A DNA stretch of 28,036 nucleotides, from the NCBI GenBank assembly GCA_964591645.1, contig CAZQBH010000002.1, positions 4,651 through 32,686 of the forward strand, read 5' to 3'. The notes beneath the pieces are model-generated. The model was not told the DNA's origin. It worked only from the letters and a program-made list of their open reading frames with translations, and did no database searches. Origin of the DNA: an uncultured Pseudomonadales bacterium (GTDB lineage Bacteria > Patescibacteriota > Microgenomatia > UBA1400 > RBG-16-45-19). Positions 25,192 to 28,036 of the stretch are shown piece after piece. Position 1 is the stretch's first letter. Every line of letters starts with the position of its first letter. A program made the position numbers and the translations under genes.

Positions 25192-26397
25192 TTATTTGTT
25201 CATATTCTGAAGACTGCCAACCACGGAATACATTGGAGCAATGATGGATAGGATCATGGCGCCTACACCGATCCCAACGATCAACATGAGCGTGGGCTCA
25301 AGAAGTTGAGTGGATTTTTTAACTGACTCTTCAACTTCTCCCTCATAGAATGTAGCCAAATCAGCCAGGGTTTTATCCAGCGTGCCTGACTTTTCGCCTC
25401 CGGCAATCATTTGAATGAGTAGCGTGGGAAAAATTTGATATTCACGAAACACGGCTGCCAACGTTTTACCTTCCATGACTTGATCAACAATCGGTTTGCA
25501 GTTTTTATGGAAGATAGGATTGGTAAGCGAATGAAACGCAATTGTCAACGATTCGGTAATCGGTACTCCAGTAGCGATAAGGGTGGAAAAAATACGAGCG
25601 AACCTGGCCACATCGATATCACGAAGCAGGTTTTTGATTACGGGCATAGGCGAAATGAGTTTGATTAAAAATTGTTTACCGGCGGGTTTTCCAGCGAAAA
25701 TTGCCAGGATGGTAATCACTACTACGGACCCTATCATAATCAGAATCCGGTATTGCGAAAGAGTCAGACTGGTTTGAAACATTACACGGGTAAATGTGGG
25801 CAATGTCACTGCCATACTTAAGAACACTCTTCCTATCTGAGGCATAATAAACAGAAACATGAGCGAGCCAATTCCCAACATGGCTGCCACAATAAACAGC
25901 GGATACGTTAAAGCACTTTTAATTTTTTGGCCGAGTGAATAATCGCCTCGTATTTTTGCCTCTAGGTACTTAAATGATTCTCCCATGGTGCCCGAAGCTT
26001 CACCTGCCTTAACAAGCGCAATGAAAAACTGATCAAACACTTTTGGATATAAGGATAATGCTTGGCTTAACGACTGTCCTCGTTCCAAGTTGTACAAGAC
26101 GTCATTAAGAATTTGTTTCATGACCGGATGTTTTGATTCTTCTTTCAACACCGAAATCCCCTCAGACAAAGATAGGCCCGATGTCAACATAGTAGCGACA
26201 TAACGGCAAAAAGTAATGAGTTCAACCGCAGGTAGGGTACTCTGTGAAGCTTTTATGGTAATTTCTTCCCTAATAGTTATTGGCTGCAACCCCTGCTTTT
26301 TGAGTTCATTACCAACTTCTTTGTCTGATGGAGCTGTCACTGTTCCCGTGGTAATGGTGTTGTTGGCGGTAACTGCTTTATACGTGAAGCTGGGCAT
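25192..26397 (-). CDS. pilC: Type IV pilus platform protein PilC (T2SS F family)
   Basis: MPSFTYKA, FCRYVATMLTSGL, VKAGEASG, KIKSALTYP, MIAGGEKSG, EPTLMLIVG. Confidence 0.95.
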   Translation of the reverse strand: MPSFTYKAVTANNTITTGTVTAPSDKEVGNELKKQGLQPITIREEITIKASQSTLPAVELITFCRYVATMLTSGLSLSEGISVLKEESKHPVMKQILNDVLYNLERGQSLSQALSLYPKVFDQFFIALVKAGEASGTMGESFKYLEAKIRGDYSLGQKIKSALTYPLFIVAAMLGIGSLMFLFIMPQIGRVFLSMAVTLPTFTRVMFQTSLTLSQYRILIMIGSVVVITILAIFAGKPAGKQFLIKLISPMPVIKNLLRDIDVARFARIFSTLIATGVPITESLTIAFHSLTNPIFHKNCKPIVDQVMEGKTLAAVFREYQIFPTLLIQMIAGGEKSGTLDKTLADLATFYEGEVEESVKKSTQLLEPTLMLIVGIGVGAMILSIIAPMYSVVGSLQNMNK

Positions 26398-26399
26398 AT

Positions 26400-28036
26400 T
26401 TATTCGCTGGTCACACGGATAACTTCTTCGAGCGTCGTAATTCCGGCACTGACCTTGTTTATACCATCGTTCATTAAGGTGGTCATGCCGTTATTAATAG
26501 CGGCAGCCATAATATCTTCTTCTGACGCTCGTTTGTTAATGAGTTCACGAATGGCATGATCAACTTCAATAATTTCATAAATACTCACCCGTCCTTTATA
26601 CCCGCGACCATCACATTCAGTGCACCCTTTACCTGCAAAAAAGTCGGTAACTTTGATTTTGCCGCCACATCGTTCTTTAACAATTGAAAGCATTTCTTCC
26701 GATGGTTCAACCTTATGAATACAATTGGTACAAATTTTCCGAACTAATCGCTGAGCAATAATTAAATTGATGGTAGAAGCTAAAAGGAATCCTTGGACTC
26801 CCATATCTAAAAATCGGGGAATGGCGCCGGAAGCGGAATTGGTATGCAACGTAGAAAGCACCAAATGCCCGGTAAGGGCTGAATGGATGGCAATTTCAGC
26901 GGTCTCTGTATCCCGAATTTCACCAATCATCATAACGTCAGGATCATGGCGCAAAAGGGAACGTAAACCAGTGGCAAAGGTGAGTCCCGCTTGGGTATTT
27001 ACTTGTGTCTGATTGATCCGTCGAACCGAGTACTCAATCGGATCTTCAATGGTACAAATGTTTACTTCCGGACCATTTAGTAAGTTTAAGACACTATAAA
27101 GAGTAGTCGTTTTGCCGGAGCCGGTTGGTCCGGTAACCAAGATCATGCCGTGGGGTTTTTTGATATTTGAACGGATAATCGGCAAAGCGTCGCCAGAAAC
27201 GCCCAACTCTTCAAGGCTCAAGGGGCGAGCTGATTCTGGCAATAACCGCATAACGATATTTTCACCAAAAAATGTCGGTAATACAGAAACGCGCAAAGAA
27301 ATATAATCTTCGTGAACTTTAAACTTAAACCGACCATCTTGAGGGGTTCGATGTTCATCAATTTTTAAGGATGACAAAATCTTGATGCGAGCTATCAAAG
27401 CGGGATGAATTATCGCTGGAAGTGCAGCAATGTCCCGCAGCATCCCATCAACCCGAAAGCGAAGGATTAAGCCATCTTCAAGCATATTAAGATGAATGTC
27501 CGAAGCACCTTCGGCTACGCCATATTCTAGGATGGTATCTAACATTTTGATTACAGGGAGATCAGTGGCGCTTTGTTCAATATGGTTAGGATCGATTTTG
27601 GTTTTACTGATGTTTTCTTCCATGATGGAAGAAAAAATAGTTTTGATATTCCGTTTGTATTGGCCCACGGTTTTGGCAAAGTCTGCGGGCGTTAAATAAT
27701 GAGGGATAACTTGCTTATTGGTGCGGCGTTTGACGAACTCAATGGCTTCTATGTCTTGCGGATCCTCCATGCCAATGGATAACTTCTCTTCATTCAAGGC
27801 AAACGTGATGATATGAAACGATAATGCTGCCTGTTCGGGTATGAGTTCCAAGATTTCAAGGGGAATTACCTTCCCTGTCAATTGAATATAGGGAACTTTG
27901 TAATATTCAGCTATCGAGTGTCCAAGCGCATCTTCACTAATCAAGCCACGAAATGCCAAAATGTACGTAATTGGTTTCTTGGGGTCGTTAGCTGATTTAA
28001 CGGCTGAGTCATATTCGCCTTTGGTAATAAAGCCAG
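26400..28036 (-). CDS. pilB: Type IV pilus extension ATPase PilB/GspE (5'-partial)
   Basis: ASDIH, PQDGRF, Walker A GPTGSGKT, TIEDPIEY, LRHDPDVMMIGEIRD, TGHLVLSTLHTN, CTNC/CTEC zinc site. The frame stays open to the window end (GFITKGEYDSAVK...). Confidence 0.96.
   Translation of the reverse strand, partial: GFITKGEYDSAVKSANDPKKPITYILAFRGLISEDALGHSIAEYYKVPYIQLTGKVIPLEILELIPEQAALSFHIITFALNEEKLSIGMEDPQDIEAIEFVKRRTNKQVIPHYLTPADFAKTVGQYKRNIKTIFSSIMEENISKTKIDPNHIEQSATDLPVIKMLDTILEYGVAEGASDIHLNMLEDGLILRFRVDGMLRDIAALPAIIHPALIARIKILSSLKIDEHRTPQDGRFKFKVHEDYISLRVSVLPTFFGENIVMRLLPESARPLSLEELGVSGDALPIIRSNIKKPHGMILVTGPTGSGKTTTLYSVLNLLNGPEVNICTIEDPIEYSVRRINQTQVNTQAGLTFATGLRSLLRHDPDVMMIGEIRDTETAEIAIHSALTGHLVLSTLHTNSASGAIPRFLDMGVQGFLLASTINLIIAQRLVRKICTNCIHKVEPSEEMLSIVKERCGGKIKVTDFFAGKGCTECDGRGYKGRVSIYEIIEVDHAIRELINKRASEEDIMAAAINNGMTTLMNDGINKVSAGITTLEEVIRVTSE

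Noticed and set aside
1105-27699. Numerous 60-146 aa ORFs nested in or antisense to long genes (e.g. 3579-4019, 7927-8286, 10714-11073, 24896-25210)
   Set aside because: Fully overlap confidently assigned genes and show no family motifs.
1-28036. Alternative genetic code (UGA = Gly, as in some CPR lineages)
   Set aside because: Conserved genes are full length under code 11, and nfo ends in TGA overlapping the next ATG.

Overview
Compact code-11 bacterial chromosome segment with tiny intergenic gaps and many orphan membrane proteins. The gene content suggests Patescibacteria/CPR, probably Microgenomates-like (inference only). It holds housekeeping genes (gltX, short AspRS, S11 D,D-carboxypeptidase, recJ, cca, secD/secF, M29 aminopeptidase, frameshifted rdgB, nfo), a wHTH-nucleotidyltransferase + AbrB-like pair, and a type IV pilus locus (pilin, PilO, PilM-N fusion, three minor pilins, PilC, partial PilB). 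The most interesting signals are non-coding. (1) A T-box riboswitch upstream of aspS has the ultrashort-Stem-I architecture I recall from actinobacterial ileS T-boxes, but with an Asp (GAC) specifier, a G73-matching bulge and an apparent terminator-type output. (2) A three-state attenuator-like RNA with a leader ORF sits in front of an orphan 73-aa protein. (3) Leaderless and back-to-back -10 promoter layouts recur, including an 18-bp divergent gap. All RNA structures were paired by eye; no folding software or database search was run.
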